A stretch of DNA of 32,000 nucleotides from an uncultured Pseudohongiella sp. (GTDB taxonomy: Bacteria; Pseudomonadota; Gammaproteobacteria; Pseudomonadales; Pseudohongiellaceae). Numbering within the stretch: the first letter of the stretch is position 1; the number at the start of each line of letters is the position of its first letter. Positions 7,802 through 17,197 of this stretch are shown here, one piece after another. The translations under genes and the position numbers were made by a program. The stretch spans positions 570,438-602,437 of the forward strand of contig OX638341.1 in assembly GCA_951812965.1 (NCBI GenBank), given 5' to 3'. The notes beneath the pieces are model-generated. The model did no database searches and had not been told where the DNA came from. It saw nothing but the letters and a program-made list of their open reading frames with translations.

Positions 7802-9253
7802 TCAGCGCACGAGACGGCGCCAGCCGATGACGATCGAGGTAATGGAAAAGCCCAGTCCGGCCAGGCTGAGCAGGATGACTGTCAAATCCCAGAGTGGGCG
7901 GCTTTCCCGCAGGAACTGGAAATCCAGGCTGTGCAAGCCGTTGAACAGCCATCTCTCCAACCTGCCGCGGCGAGTCAGGCGGTTGACCACCTCGCCGGTA
8001 AGCGCGTCGATGTGATACCAGGTGGCTTCCGCGTCGTCGAATCGGGCGCGGAACACCGGCAGCGGCTGGTGCATGAAGTGCCGGGAGTAGTAATACTCGT
8101 CGTCGCCTTCGAGCAGTTCGAGGCTGGTCAGCGTGGCATCGGGCAGCAGCCCGGGCACGGCGCCGCTTATTCTGGCGGCAAGGTCCGTCTGCCGACCCAA
8201 ACCGAAATCCGGCAGGCGTTCTCCCGAGGCGAGCGTGCTGACGCTATATGGCTGTCCTCCCAGGTAGAGCCAGTCGACTTGCTTTACCGGCCCGCCGGCG
8301 GGGGCCGGAAGGGAAAAGTCGCTCAGGCGCAAGGAGAATTGGCCCTGGTAGCCTGCGATCTGCGGCAACGGCGATGTGGCGGGAGTGAACACGCCAAGGG
8401 GATTCATCGACATCAGCCCGCTGAACAGGAACGTAGCTATGAATGCCAAGCAGCAAAGCCCGCCGATGTGATGCCATTTCATCACCCCGGCGTACGGGCT
8501 GGCCTTGCGTTCCCCGTTGCGCGCCCCGTTGTGCGCGAACAGGCGCAATTGCAACAGGCCGATAACGGCGCCGGTCACGAGCGAGACCAATCCGATCACG
8601 GACAGCCAGATGACGAGTTGCGCCCAGAATCCGGAAAACTGCCGGATCGCCAGCGGGTAAATCCAGTGGATCGTGGAGCCGGGCCAGTTCCAGAACCGCT
8701 CCCGGCCGGTGGTGTCGCGCACCACGCGGCCGTCGCGGTCGGATATGTAAAGCACCGTGCTCGCGGCATCGTTGAGCGCCACCTTGTGCAGCGGGCGCGA
8801 TGGATTGAGCGAGGCCGTGATGGTCCATTGATCGATTTCGATCAGCCCTTCGTATTCCGGTTCGGCCGCGCCCGAGCGCAATCCCGAGGCAGCCGCGACC
8901 GCCATGGCGCCGCGCTCTCCCAGCCGATCCATACGCTCTCCGGTATCGGCAAAAACCGTGGCCGAACGGCCATCGACCGCCCCGAGACGATAAACCGGCC
9001 GGTCGGCGAGCATGGCAAGGCTGAGCGAGTGCCAGGCGGTAATCTCGCCTGCGCGCCGGGCGGCCTCGAACGGGGTCAGCTCGATCTGGTTCCGCTGCAG
9101 CTCCGGATGCGCCGCCACGGACTCGGCGTATGTCAGTTCGGGATAGTCGACATACATCATGACGATGCCCGAGGCGAACCAGAGTGCGAAAATCAGACAC
9201 ATGCCGATGCCGATCCAGCGATGGGCGAGAAACAGCATTCGCTTCCAGTTCAT
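7802..9253 (-). CDS. PepSY-associated transmembrane protein (PiuB/FoxB-like, iron-uptake associated)
   Basis: 483 aa. The N-terminus MNWKRMLFLAHRWIGIGMCLIFALWFASGIVMMY is the typical PepSY_TM helix signature, and several further TM segments follow. It is divergent from a TonB-dependent receptor gene. Confidence 0.8.
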   Translation of the reverse strand: MNWKRMLFLAHRWIGIGMCLIFALWFASGIVMMYVDYPELTYAESVAAHPELQRNQIELTPFEAARRAGEITAWHSLSLAMLADRPVYRLGAVDGRSATVFADTGERMDRLGERGAMAVAAASGLRSGAAEPEYEGLIEIDQWTITASLNPSRPLHKVALNDAASTVLYISDRDGRVVRDTTGRERFWNWPGSTIHWIYPLAIRQFSGFWAQLVIWLSVIGLVSLVTGAVIGLLQLRLFAHNGARNGERKASPYAGVMKWHHIGGLCCLAFIATFLFSGLMSMNPLGVFTPATSPLPQIAGYQGQFSLRLSDFSLPAPAGGPVKQVDWLYLGGQPYSVSTLASGERLPDFGLGRQTDLAARISGAVPGLLPDATLTSLELLEGDDEYYYSRHFMHQPLPVFRARFDDAEATWYHIDALTGEVVNRLTRRGRLERWLFNGLHSLDFQFLRESRPLWDLTVILLSLAGLGFSITSIVIGWRRLVR

Positions 9254-9425
9254 GGTTTTTCCTGACTACCGGTCAGCACAATTTGTAACAGTATGAAGGC
9301 GATTTCTCACTTACCATTTTCCACCTGATATGGCGATCACCAGCAACGTTTCGGCGTCTGCCTTTTTCGGAATTCTATCTTTGGGATTGTCGTTCGCCAC
9401 GAATTATTGAGGCAAGGATGAGGTA

Positions 9426-11621
9426 ATGGGAAGCAAATTTCGAAACTGGGCTTTCTTCGGGATACCGGTGCTGATGCTCGGACTCGGGTCCGCGGCGTTC
9501 GGCCAAGACAATATCGGCGAAGAATCGACCGTCGTCTACCCTGCCTCCTATTTCGAAGAATTTTCCCCGATCACCGCCCAGGACATGCTCGACCGAATCC
9601 CCGGCATGTCCTCCAGAGGCGGCCCCGGTGGCGGCGGACCGCCGCGCGGTTTTTCCGGCGGACCCGGCGGCGGCGGGCCTTCCAGCGTGACCCGGGGAGG
9701 ACGCGGCTTCGGCGGCGGCCGCAGCGGCGGCAACGAAATCCTGATCAACGGCAAACGCACCGCGGGCAAGAACAACAACACCACCAGCATTCTCGACCGC
9801 ATCACCGCCGACCAGGTCGAGCATATCGAAATCATTCGAGACACCAGCGGCTCGCTCGACGTGCGCGGCTCCGGCCAGGTCGTCAACGTGGTGCTGTTCG
9901 AGGAGTTGTCGGACACCAGCATCTCCTACGACGTCAATATGGACCGCTATCTCCGCGACGAAGTGCGGCCCGGCGGCAATTTCGCCCTCAGCGGCCAGTC
10001 CGGTGGCCTGAGTTACGTAGTCAGCGCGAGCGCGACGCCCCGTTATTTCGAGCAATTCACCTGGGAAGATTCGATTCTCGGCGATTACTCACCGAACGAC
10101 TACATCTGGGAAGAGCGGACCACGGATTCGATTACCTACGACTTGAGCACGAATCTGGATTACCAGTTCAGCGCCAACAGCAGCGCGCGCCTTAACGCGC
10201 TGTATTCGCAAAACGACCGGCCCCAGTCGGTAATGCGCTATATAACCGACCTGAAAGTCCAGCCGAACGTGCAGGACATCGAACGCGAGGCCATTCCCGG
10301 AGAATCCAGCAGTTGGGAGATCGGCGGCGACTACGAATATCTGGCCGCCAACAACTCGCGTTTCAAAGTGTTGTTCATCGCCAATGAAAACGATAATTCC
10401 GCATTACGCGAGCGCTTCGACGTGCTTGCCGACGGCGAAGACAAAAACCTTTTCCTCAGCACCGATTCCCTGATTACCGAACGCATCGTCCGCGGTTCCT
10501 ACACTTTCGACATCGGCGCCAACATGGATCTGGAACTGGGCGCCGAGGGCGCCCAGACCGTGCTCGACTCAAGCCTTGCATTGGGCATCGCCGGCTCCGG
10601 AACGCCGGCGGATCACGTCGGCGGGCTGGTTCCGGTATCCATTGCCAACGCGGTATCCGAAGTCGAGGAAGTCCGCTACGAGCCTTTCGCCATCCACAAT
10701 TGGGTCATCAATCCGCGCATGACGCTGGAATCTACCCTGCTATATGAAAGCTCGACCATCAGCCAGACCGGCGACTTCAACAACTCGCGGGACTTCGAGT
10801 TCCTCAAGCCGAAAGTCGACCTGCGCTACAACCTGACGCCGCAACTGCAACTGCGCGGCTCGATCGAACGGGTTGTGCTGCAACTCAGCTTTGCCGATTT
10901 CGTCGCCGCCAACGACGACCAGGACGACGATTCGAACACTCAGGCGGGCAACGTCAATTTGCGCCAGGAATGGCTGTGGAAGTACGATTTCAACGCCGAA
11001 TACCGGCTGCCGAACGATTACGGAGTGCTGGATGGGAATCTCTACTATCACGCGCACCACGACAGAATCGAGCGCATCGACGTCACCGTCGACGAAGACA
11101 ACCTGCTTTCGGCAAACGGCAATATCGGCGACGGCAACATGTGGGGCTTCCGCGGCAACGCCGCCATCCGCATGCGCATGTTCGACATGCCGAACCTGCA
11201 GTTGACCGCCAGCCTCACGGTGGAAGATTCCTCCATCATGGACCCTTTCCTCGGATACGAGAGACGCTTCCAGAACATGGCCCGCGGCTTCAATTCCTTC
11301 GGCTTCCGCCACGACATTCCGCGCTGGAATCTCAACTGGGGCGGCAGGTGGATGAACCGGCATGACGGCAATATCCTGCGCATCGACATCGACGATATCG
11401 AGTACGCCAGCGGCGACCCGCGCGGGTCGCTGTTCGTCGAATACATCGACAGCCGCGGATTGACCTGGCGGATCGAAGGGCAGAGCCTCACCAACCCGGA
11501 AAGTTGCCGCGAGCGCCTGCGCTATCTCGGCAGGGTTTCCGCGGGCATCCTCGAAGAAATCGAATATCGCTGCAACTACTCCGGCCGCACGCTGAACTTC
11601 AAAGTCTCCGGCACTTTCTGA
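9426..11621 (+). CDS. TonB-dependent outer-membrane receptor
   Basis: 731 aa with signal peptide (LGSAAFGQD). Candidate TonB box ESTVVYP. Plug motifs: DMLDRIPGM and EILINGKR...ILDRITADQVEHIEIIRD. A long beta-barrel region ends in ...NFKVSGTF, with the terminal aromatic residue. Confidence 0.88.
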   Translation: MGSKFRNWAFFGIPVLMLGLGSAAFGQDNIGEESTVVYPASYFEEFSPITAQDMLDRIPGMSSRGGPGGGGPPRGFSGGPGGGGPSSVTRGGRGFGGGRSGGNEILINGKRTAGKNNNTTSILDRITADQVEHIEIIRDTSGSLDVRGSGQVVNVVLFEELSDTSISYDVNMDRYLRDEVRPGGNFALSGQSGGLSYVVSASATPRYFEQFTWEDSILGDYSPNDYIWEERTTDSITYDLSTNLDYQFSANSSARLNALYSQNDRPQSVMRYITDLKVQPNVQDIEREAIPGESSSWEIGGDYEYLAANNSRFKVLFIANENDNSALRERFDVLADGEDKNLFLSTDSLITERIVRGSYTFDIGANMDLELGAEGAQTVLDSSLALGIAGSGTPADHVGGLVPVSIANAVSEVEEVRYEPFAIHNWVINPRMTLESTLLYESSTISQTGDFNNSRDFEFLKPKVDLRYNLTPQLQLRGSIERVVLQLSFADFVAANDDQDDDSNTQAGNVNLRQEWLWKYDFNAEYRLPNDYGVLDGNLYYHAHHDRIERIDVTVDEDNLLSANGNIGDGNMWGFRGNAAIRMRMFDMPNLQLTASLTVEDSSIMDPFLGYERRFQNMARGFNSFGFRHDIPRWNLNWGGRWMNRHDGNILRIDIDDIEYASGDPRGSLFVEYIDSRGLTWRIEGQSLTNPESCRERLRYLGRVSAGILEEIEYRCNYSGRTLNFKVSGTF

Positions 11622-11720
11622 TACGGAAGTCGTGGTCGCCGCGGTTCGTTCTCATGTTCCACCGCGATAGCCTCTTGTCCCGGCGCCAAAACCAACTGGA
11701 ATCTGCGCTCCGGCTGGAAT

Positions 11721-13085
11721 ATGCTCGCGGCCATGACTACGCTGATCTACCCGACCACCAATTTCACCCGCACCGAACAAGTCAACATCGTCCGGGGCGA
11801 TGGGATTTATGTGTACGACGCATCCGGCAAGCGCTATCTCGAAGGCCTCGCCGGACTGTGGTGTTCAGCGCTCGGCTACGGCAACAGGGAACTTATAGAG
11901 GCCATTACCGCGCAGCTCGAGAATCTTTCCTATAGCCACATGTTCGGCGGTCGTACGCATCAGGTCGGCATCGACCTGGCCGAGCGGCTGGCCGCCATGC
12001 TGCCGATCGCGGACGCGAAGATCTTCCTGGCCAATTCGGGCAGCGAAGCCAATGATTCGATGATGAAGATGCTGTGCTATTGGGCCAACGTAACCGACCA
12101 GCCGCGGCGCAAGAAAATCATCGCTTTCGAACGCGCCTATCATGGGGTCACCCTGGCATCGGCGGCGTTAACGGGTCTGCCGGTCAATCACATGCATTTC
12201 GATATCCCAGTCGACGAACTCGGCATTTTGCGCGCGGAAACGCCTCACTATTACCACGGCCACAGGGAAGGTGAGACCAAAACCGAATTCGCCGAGCGGC
12301 TGGTGGCGGATGTCGAGCAGCTAATATTGCGGGAAGGCTCCGAAACCATCGCCGCCTTCATCGCCGAACCCGTCGGCGGCGCCGCCGGCGTCGTGGTGGC
12401 CCCCAATGCCTATTATCCCGCGCTGGGCCGCATGCTCGAACGCCACGGCGTCCTGTTCTGGGCCGATGAAGTCATTTGCGGATTCGGCCGCACCGGCAAT
12501 GTATTCGGATCGACTACCGTCGGCATTCAGCCGCAATTGATGAGCCTGGCCAAGCAAATGTCCTCGGCCTATGTACCTATCAGCGCCGCGGTTATTCCGG
12601 GCTCAATGTACGAGGCCATGGTGGAGCCGAGCAACCGGGCCGGCGTTTTCGGCCACGGCTTCACCTATAGTGGCCACCCCGTCGCCTGCGCCGCGGCCCT
12701 GAAGGCGATCGAGATCTATGAGCGCGACGGCCTGTTCACCCATGCCGCCGAAGTCGGCGACTACATGCAGCAGCGCCTCGGCGAATTCAACGATCACCCG
12801 CTGGTCGGCGAAGTGCGCGGCAAGGGCCTGATCGGCGCGGTGGAACTCGTTGCCGACAAGTCGAACCGCGTACCGTTCCCGGACGGCCGGGCCGGCGCCA
12901 TCGCCATGCAATGCTGCAAGGAGCACGGCCTGCTGATTCGCGCCGTGGCCGGCAATTCCGTCGCCTTCTGCCCGCCCCTGATCATCACTCGGGAGCAGGT
13001 GGACGAAATGATCGAACTCTTTGACCGCGCCCTGGCCATGGCCACTGATGCCATACGCCGGGAAATGCCGGAAATCGTGAAATGA
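11721..13085 (+). CDS. Class III (omega) PLP-dependent aminotransferase, SpuC / beta-alanine-pyruvate type
   Basis: 454 aa. Motifs: NSGSEANDSMMKM, AYHGVTLASAALTG, FIAEPVGGAAGVVV, WADEVICGFGRTG, and the PLP lysine context SLAKQMSSAY. An alternative start is at 11733. Confidence 0.88.
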   Translation: MLAAMTTLIYPTTNFTRTEQVNIVRGDGIYVYDASGKRYLEGLAGLWCSALGYGNRELIEAITAQLENLSYSHMFGGRTHQVGIDLAERLAAMLPIADAKIFLANSGSEANDSMMKMLCYWANVTDQPRRKKIIAFERAYHGVTLASAALTGLPVNHMHFDIPVDELGILRAETPHYYHGHREGETKTEFAERLVADVEQLILREGSETIAAFIAEPVGGAAGVVVAPNAYYPALGRMLERHGVLFWADEVICGFGRTGNVFGSTTVGIQPQLMSLAKQMSSAYVPISAAVIPGSMYEAMVEPSNRAGVFGHGFTYSGHPVACAAALKAIEIYERDGLFTHAAEVGDYMQQRLGEFNDHPLVGEVRGKGLIGAVELVADKSNRVPFPDGRAGAIAMQCCKEHGLLIRAVAGNSVAFCPPLIITREQVDEMIELFDRALAMATDAIRREMPEIVK

Positions 13086-14863
13086 GGCAACCAATGAAAA
13101 GCTTTTGGACTTGTATCGAACGGTTGGGACGGTACGCTTGCGCGGGCGAGGCGTGCCTCGCCCCTACAAAAACCCACCTGACTGAAAATGTAGGGGCGAG
13201 GCATGCCTCGCCCGCGCATGGGTTGATTTCGCTCGGCTTGCTGTGCGGCCTCATCCTGGCGGGATGCGGCCCGGCCGAGCAAGGACCGCCCGCCGAGGTG
13301 GATCTGATTCTGACCAATGGCAAGGTGCTCACGGTCGATGAGGACTTTTCGATCCACGACACCGTGGTGGTCGATGAAGGCCTGATCGTCGCCACCGGCG
13401 ACGCTTCACTGTTGCAAGACTACAGCGCCGCCGAAGTCGTCGACCTGCAAGGCAAGGTCCTGATGCCGGGATTCGTCGATTCCCATACCCATATCCGCGG
13501 ACGGCCGAATCACTATATTGATCTGACCGAGACGGGCTCGGTCGTCGAGATCCAGCAACTGGTGGAGGCCAAGGCGGAACAAGTCGGGGCCGGCAATTGG
13601 GTTACCGGCTACGGCTGGTCCGAGGACCAGTTGACCGAAGGCCGCCGGCCCCTGCGCGACGATCTCGACGCGGCGGCGCCGGATAATCCCGTCATCCTGA
13701 CTCGCGCTGGCGGCCATAGCGCCGTGGCCAACAGCATGGCGCTGGATCTGGCCGATGTCACTCCGGATACGCCGGACCCAGAAGGCGGCGTGATCGAGCG
13801 CAATCCCGACGGCAGTCTGAACGGGGTCATTCGCGAACGGCAGGGAATCGTCAGCCGGCTGGTGCCGGACGCGACGCCGGATGAGTTGGTCGACAGCCTC
13901 GAAGTCAACCTGAATAACCTGCTCGCCGATGGCATTACCAGCATCATCGATGCATCCAAGGCGCCCGCGGAATACGCCATGTGGGAAGGACTCTACGACA
14001 GCGCGGAATTGCCGCTGCCGCGGGCCGCGCTGCAGTTCCAATGGTACGATCCACCGGCCATCGCCGCGGTCAAGGCCAGGGTCGGCGAGGGTAACGAATT
14101 TCTCAAGGTCGGCCCGATCAAGGTCTTCGCCGACGGCGGCTTTACCGGCCCCGCGGCTTTCACGAAGGAGCCATACCGCGATCAGGGCGACTATCGCGGC
14201 TATCTCGACATGCCGGAGGAAGACCTGATCGCCCATCTCAACGAAATCCACGACGCCGGCTGGCAAATGGGCATTCACGCCATCGGCGACGCCGCCATCG
14301 AACTCGTGGTCGATATTCTGGCGGGCGCCCTGGAGCGCAATCCGCGCGAGGACCACCGCCATTTTCTGAACCACTTTTCCATGCGGCCTTCGGACGCCAC
14401 CATGGAAACCATGGCGCGGCACGGGATTGCCATCACCCAGCAGCCGAATTTCACCTATACTCTGGAAGGACGTTACGTGGAAAATCTCGACGGCTGGCGG
14501 CTGCAGCACAATAATCCCCTGCGCTCGCCGATGGACCATGGCGTGACGGTGGCGATTTCAAGCGACATCCTGCCGATCGGCCCCATGGTGGGGCTGTACG
14601 CGGCGGTGACGCGCAAGGGCATGACCGGCGCGGTCTATGCGGAGGAAGAAAAAATAACAATGGAGGAGGCAATACGAGGCTATACCCGAACCGGCGCCTG
14701 GCTGCTGTTCGAGGAGGACGTGAAAGGCTCGCTGGAGCCCGGCAAATATGCCGACATGATCGTGCTCTCGGACGACTTGCTGACCATCGACCCCGAACGG
14801 ATCATGGATGTCGAAGTCGAGCAGACCTGGCTGGCGGGACGCCTCGTGTATACCAGTCAATGA
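13082..14863 (+). CDS. Amidohydrolase family metallo-hydrolase (Amidohydro_3 / YtcJ-like), probable lipoprotein
   Basis: HxH metal motif PGFVDSHTHI; later GIHAIGDAA and the C-terminal GSLEPGKYADMIVLS. Lipobox LILAGC. The start is uncertain. The maximal ORF starts at ATG 13082, in an ATGA overlap with the aminotransferase stop, but that version translates the REP doublet 13144-13213. An in-frame TTG at 13223 would give MISLGLLCGLILAGC. The stop at 14863 overlaps the next gene's start as ATGA. Confidence 0.85.
   Translation: MRQPMKSFWTCIERLGRYACAGEACLAPTKTHLTENVGARHASPAHGLISLGLLCGLILAGCGPAEQGPPAEVDLILTNGKVLTVDEDFSIHDTVVVDEGLIVATGDASLLQDYSAAEVVDLQGKVLMPGFVDSHTHIRGRPNHYIDLTETGSVVEIQQLVEAKAEQVGAGNWVTGYGWSEDQLTEGRRPLRDDLDAAAPDNPVILTRAGGHSAVANSMALDLADVTPDTPDPEGGVIERNPDGSLNGVIRERQGIVSRLVPDATPDELVDSLEVNLNNLLADGITSIIDASKAPAEYAMWEGLYDSAELPLPRAALQFQWYDPPAIAAVKARVGEGNEFLKVGPIKVFADGGFTGPAAFTKEPYRDQGDYRGYLDMPEEDLIAHLNEIHDAGWQMGIHAIGDAAIELVVDILAGALERNPREDHRHFLNHFSMRPSDATMETMARHGIAITQQPNFTYTLEGRYVENLDGWRLQHNNPLRSPMDHGVTVAISSDILPIGPMVGLYAAVTRKGMTGAVYAEEEKITMEEAIRGYTRTGAWLLFEEDVKGSLEPGKYADMIVLSDDLLTIDPERIMDVEVEQTWLAGRLVYTSQ
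13144..13163. repeat. REP-like palindrome copy R3 (gggcgaggcGtgcctcgccc, one mismatch)
   Basis: Same core as R1/R2 with flanks gcg...ctac. It forms an inverted doublet with R4, 30 nt away. Confidence 0.8.
13194..13213. repeat. REP-like palindrome copy R4 (gggcgaggcatgcctcgccc)
   Basis: Perfect core with flanks gtag...gcg. It is the inverted partner of R3. Confidence 0.85.
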
Positions 14864-15963
14864 GCATCTCGACCGATATTCAGATCGAATTCATCGACAT
14901 AAGCAAGTCTTACGACGGCAAGACCATGGTTCTGCCGAACCTCAACATGAGCGTTCGCAGCGGCGAGTTTCTGACCTTGCTGGGACCGTCCGGTTCCGGC
15001 AAGACGACCTGCCTGATGATGCTGGCGGGATTCGAAACGCCGACATCGGGCGAAATCCGCGTCAACGGCGAGTCGGTGCACAAGCTGCCGCCGCAAAAGC
15101 GCGACATGGGCATGGTGTTCCAGAATTACGCGCTGTTCCCGCACATGACCGTTGGCCAAAACCTGTCCTTTCCGCTGGAAGTCCGCGGCATGGCGCCCGA
15201 CGAACGCGAGCGCCGGGTAAAACGGGCGCTGGAAATCGTGCGTCTGGAAGGCTATGGGGACCGTCGTCCAGGCCAGTTGTCCGGCGGCCAGCAGCAACGG
15301 GTGGCGATCGCCCGGGCGCTGGTGTTCGAGCCCGGCGTGGTGTTGATGGACGAACCGCTCGGCGCTCTCGACCGCCGCCTGCGCGAACAGTTGCAACTCG
15401 AAATTCGTTCGATTCAGCGCGAACTCGGCGTGACCATGGTTTATGTCACCCACGATCAGCAGGAGGCGATGACGCTGTCGGATCGCATCGCGGTCTTCAA
15501 TCACGGCGAAATCCAGCAGGTGGCCGCGCCTGAGACGCTCTACGAGGAGCCGGCTCGGGAGTTCGTGGCGCGATTCGTCGGCGACAACAATCTGCTGCGA
15601 GGCACGGTGCACTCCGTAGACGGCGAGATCTGCAAGGTCCAAGTGGGCGAAGGACTGATCGAGGCCTTTATGGTCGAACCGCTCGAAGTCGGCGCGCAAA
15701 CGGTGCTGGCGATTCGCCCCGAGCGCGTGGTGCTGTCACCGTCGATGGAATACAGCAATACCGTAACCGCCAGTGTCGACGACATGGTTTTCCAGGGCGA
15801 TCACTGGCGAGTCAGCGTCACGACTTACGATCAACCCGAATTCGTCGTCAAGATTCCCAATTTCATCGGCCAGGGCGGCATACTCCCCGGCGACCGCGTG
15901 CGCGTAGGTTGGACGGCGATCGACTGCCGCGCGCTGCCCGAGGAAAATCTGAAGGCGGCGTAA
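14860..15963 (+). CDS. ABC importer ATP-binding protein, PotA-like
   Basis: 367 aa. Walker A GPSGSGKTT, signature LSGGQQQRVAIARAL, Walker B VVLMDEPLGALD, H-loop VTHDQ, and a C-terminal TOBE-like domain. Confidence 0.92.
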   Translation: MSISTDIQIEFIDISKSYDGKTMVLPNLNMSVRSGEFLTLLGPSGSGKTTCLMMLAGFETPTSGEIRVNGESVHKLPPQKRDMGMVFQNYALFPHMTVGQNLSFPLEVRGMAPDERERRVKRALEIVRLEGYGDRRPGQLSGGQQQRVAIARALVFEPGVVLMDEPLGALDRRLREQLQLEIRSIQRELGVTMVYVTHDQQEAMTLSDRIAVFNHGEIQQVAAPETLYEEPAREFVARFVGDNNLLRGTVHSVDGEICKVQVGEGLIEAFMVEPLEVGAQTVLAIRPERVVLSPSMEYSNTVTASVDDMVFQGDHWRVSVTTYDQPEFVVKIPNFIGQGGILPGDRVRVGWTAIDCRALPEENLKAA

Positions 15964-16007
15964 ACAATGCAAGGCGAATTCCACTCAACCGTCATTCCGC
16001 GCCGTAG

Positions 16008-16027
16008 GGGCGACGCATGCGTCGCCC
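16008..16027. repeat. REP-like palindrome copy R5, variant core (gggcgaCgcatgcGtcgccc)
   Basis: Perfect 20-bp palindrome between the ABC ATPase and binding-protein genes. Relative to R1/R2/R4 it carries a paired substitution, G to C in the left arm and C to G in the right arm. The pair keeps the stem intact. Confidence 0.85.
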
Positions 16028-16060
16028 TCGGGTCATTTTGAATGTTCAGGAAAGCAACTT

Positions 16061-17197
16061 GTGAGACACAGCGGCATGATCCCCGGCAATAGTGCAAAAC
16101 CAGGCCGATGCCGGGGCTGTTCGACGGTGTTCGGTCTGCTGCTGGCGCTGTCGTTCGCGATATTTTCCACCGCAGCCGGCGCCCAGACATTGACCCTGGT
16201 TTCCTGGGGCGGCTCCTATGCCCGATCGGTGGAGCGCGCCTGGGTCGAGCCGTTCATGGAGGAGACCGGGATTACCGTGCGCGTGGAGGATTACAACGGC
16301 GGTCTGGCCCAGATTCGCGCCCAGGTCGAAACAGGCAACGTGTTTTGGGACGTCGTCGATATGACGACGCCCGACGCGGTGAGAGGCTGTGACGAAGGCA
16401 TGCTTGAGTTCATTCGGCTGGAAGATCTGCCCCCTGCCCCGGATGGAACGCCCGCCAGCGAGGATTTTCCCCCCGGTAGCCGCTCGGAATGCGCCGGCGG
16501 CGGTATCGTGTCGTCGACGATCGTTGCCTTTAATAACGAACTGTTCCCTGGCGAAAAACCGTCCACGCTGGAAGATTACTTCGATCTGGAAAAATTTCCG
16601 GGCCGCCGAGGCATGCGGCGCGTACCCGTGGTCAATCTGGAATTCGCGCTGATGGCCGACGGCGTGCCGCTTGAAAGGGTCTACCAGACGCTGGACACCG
16701 ATGAAGGCGTTGCGCGAGCGTTTGCCAAACTCGACACGATCAAGGACCAGATCGTGTTCTGGGAAGCCGGCGCCCAGCCGCCGCAGATGCTGGCGGATCA
16801 GGAAGTCGTCATGACAACGGCCTATAACGGCCGCATATTCAACGCCCAGATACTTGAAAACCAGCCGTTCACGATAATCTGGGATGGCCAGGTTCAGGAA
16901 ACCAGCGGGCTGGTAATCGTATTGGGAACGCCGCGGCTGGAAATCGCCGAACAATTCCTCGAATTCATCTCGAGCTCGGAAAGCCTGGCGGCGATCAGCA
17001 AATATATTTCCTATAGCCCCACTCGTAATTCCGCCAATGCACTGGTCTCGACGCATCTGGACACCGGCATCGACATGGCGCCACATATGCCCGCCGCCGA
17101 GCAGAATATGCGCCGCGCGCTGAACAGCGACTGGCTCTGGTGGGCCGACAACAGGGACGAAATGAATGAGCGCTTCGCCGTATGGCTAACTCGCTGA
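16061..17197 (+). CDS. ABC importer periplasmic substrate-binding protein, PotD/PotF-like
   Basis: 378 aa with signal peptide (FSTAAGAQT). It begins LTLVSWGGSY, typical of family-1 polyamine-type binding proteins. GTG start at 16061 preceded by AGGAAA; an alternative ATG is at 16076. Confidence 0.85.
   Translation: MRHSGMIPGNSAKPGRCRGCSTVFGLLLALSFAIFSTAAGAQTLTLVSWGGSYARSVERAWVEPFMEETGITVRVEDYNGGLAQIRAQVETGNVFWDVVDMTTPDAVRGCDEGMLEFIRLEDLPPAPDGTPASEDFPPGSRSECAGGGIVSSTIVAFNNELFPGEKPSTLEDYFDLEKFPGRRGMRRVPVVNLEFALMADGVPLERVYQTLDTDEGVARAFAKLDTIKDQIVFWEAGAQPPQMLADQEVVMTTAYNGRIFNAQILENQPFTIIWDGQVQETSGLVIVLGTPRLEIAEQFLEFISSSESLAAISKYISYSPTRNSANALVSTHLDTGIDMAPHMPAAEQNMRRALNSDWLWWADNRDEMNERFAVWLTR

Noticed and set aside
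9254-9425. Fur box or cobalamin riboswitch in the PepSY / TonB-dependent receptor divergent region
   Set aside because: I found no convincing match to the 19-bp Fur consensus (GATAATGATAATCATTATC) and no B12-box-like sequence. There is only a 5-bp hairpin (ctgac/gtcag).
11622-11720. Terminator after the TonB-dependent receptor gene (cgcggt ... accgcg)
   Set aside because: The stem is only 6 bp with a 15-nt loop and no T tract, so it is not supportable as an intrinsic terminator.
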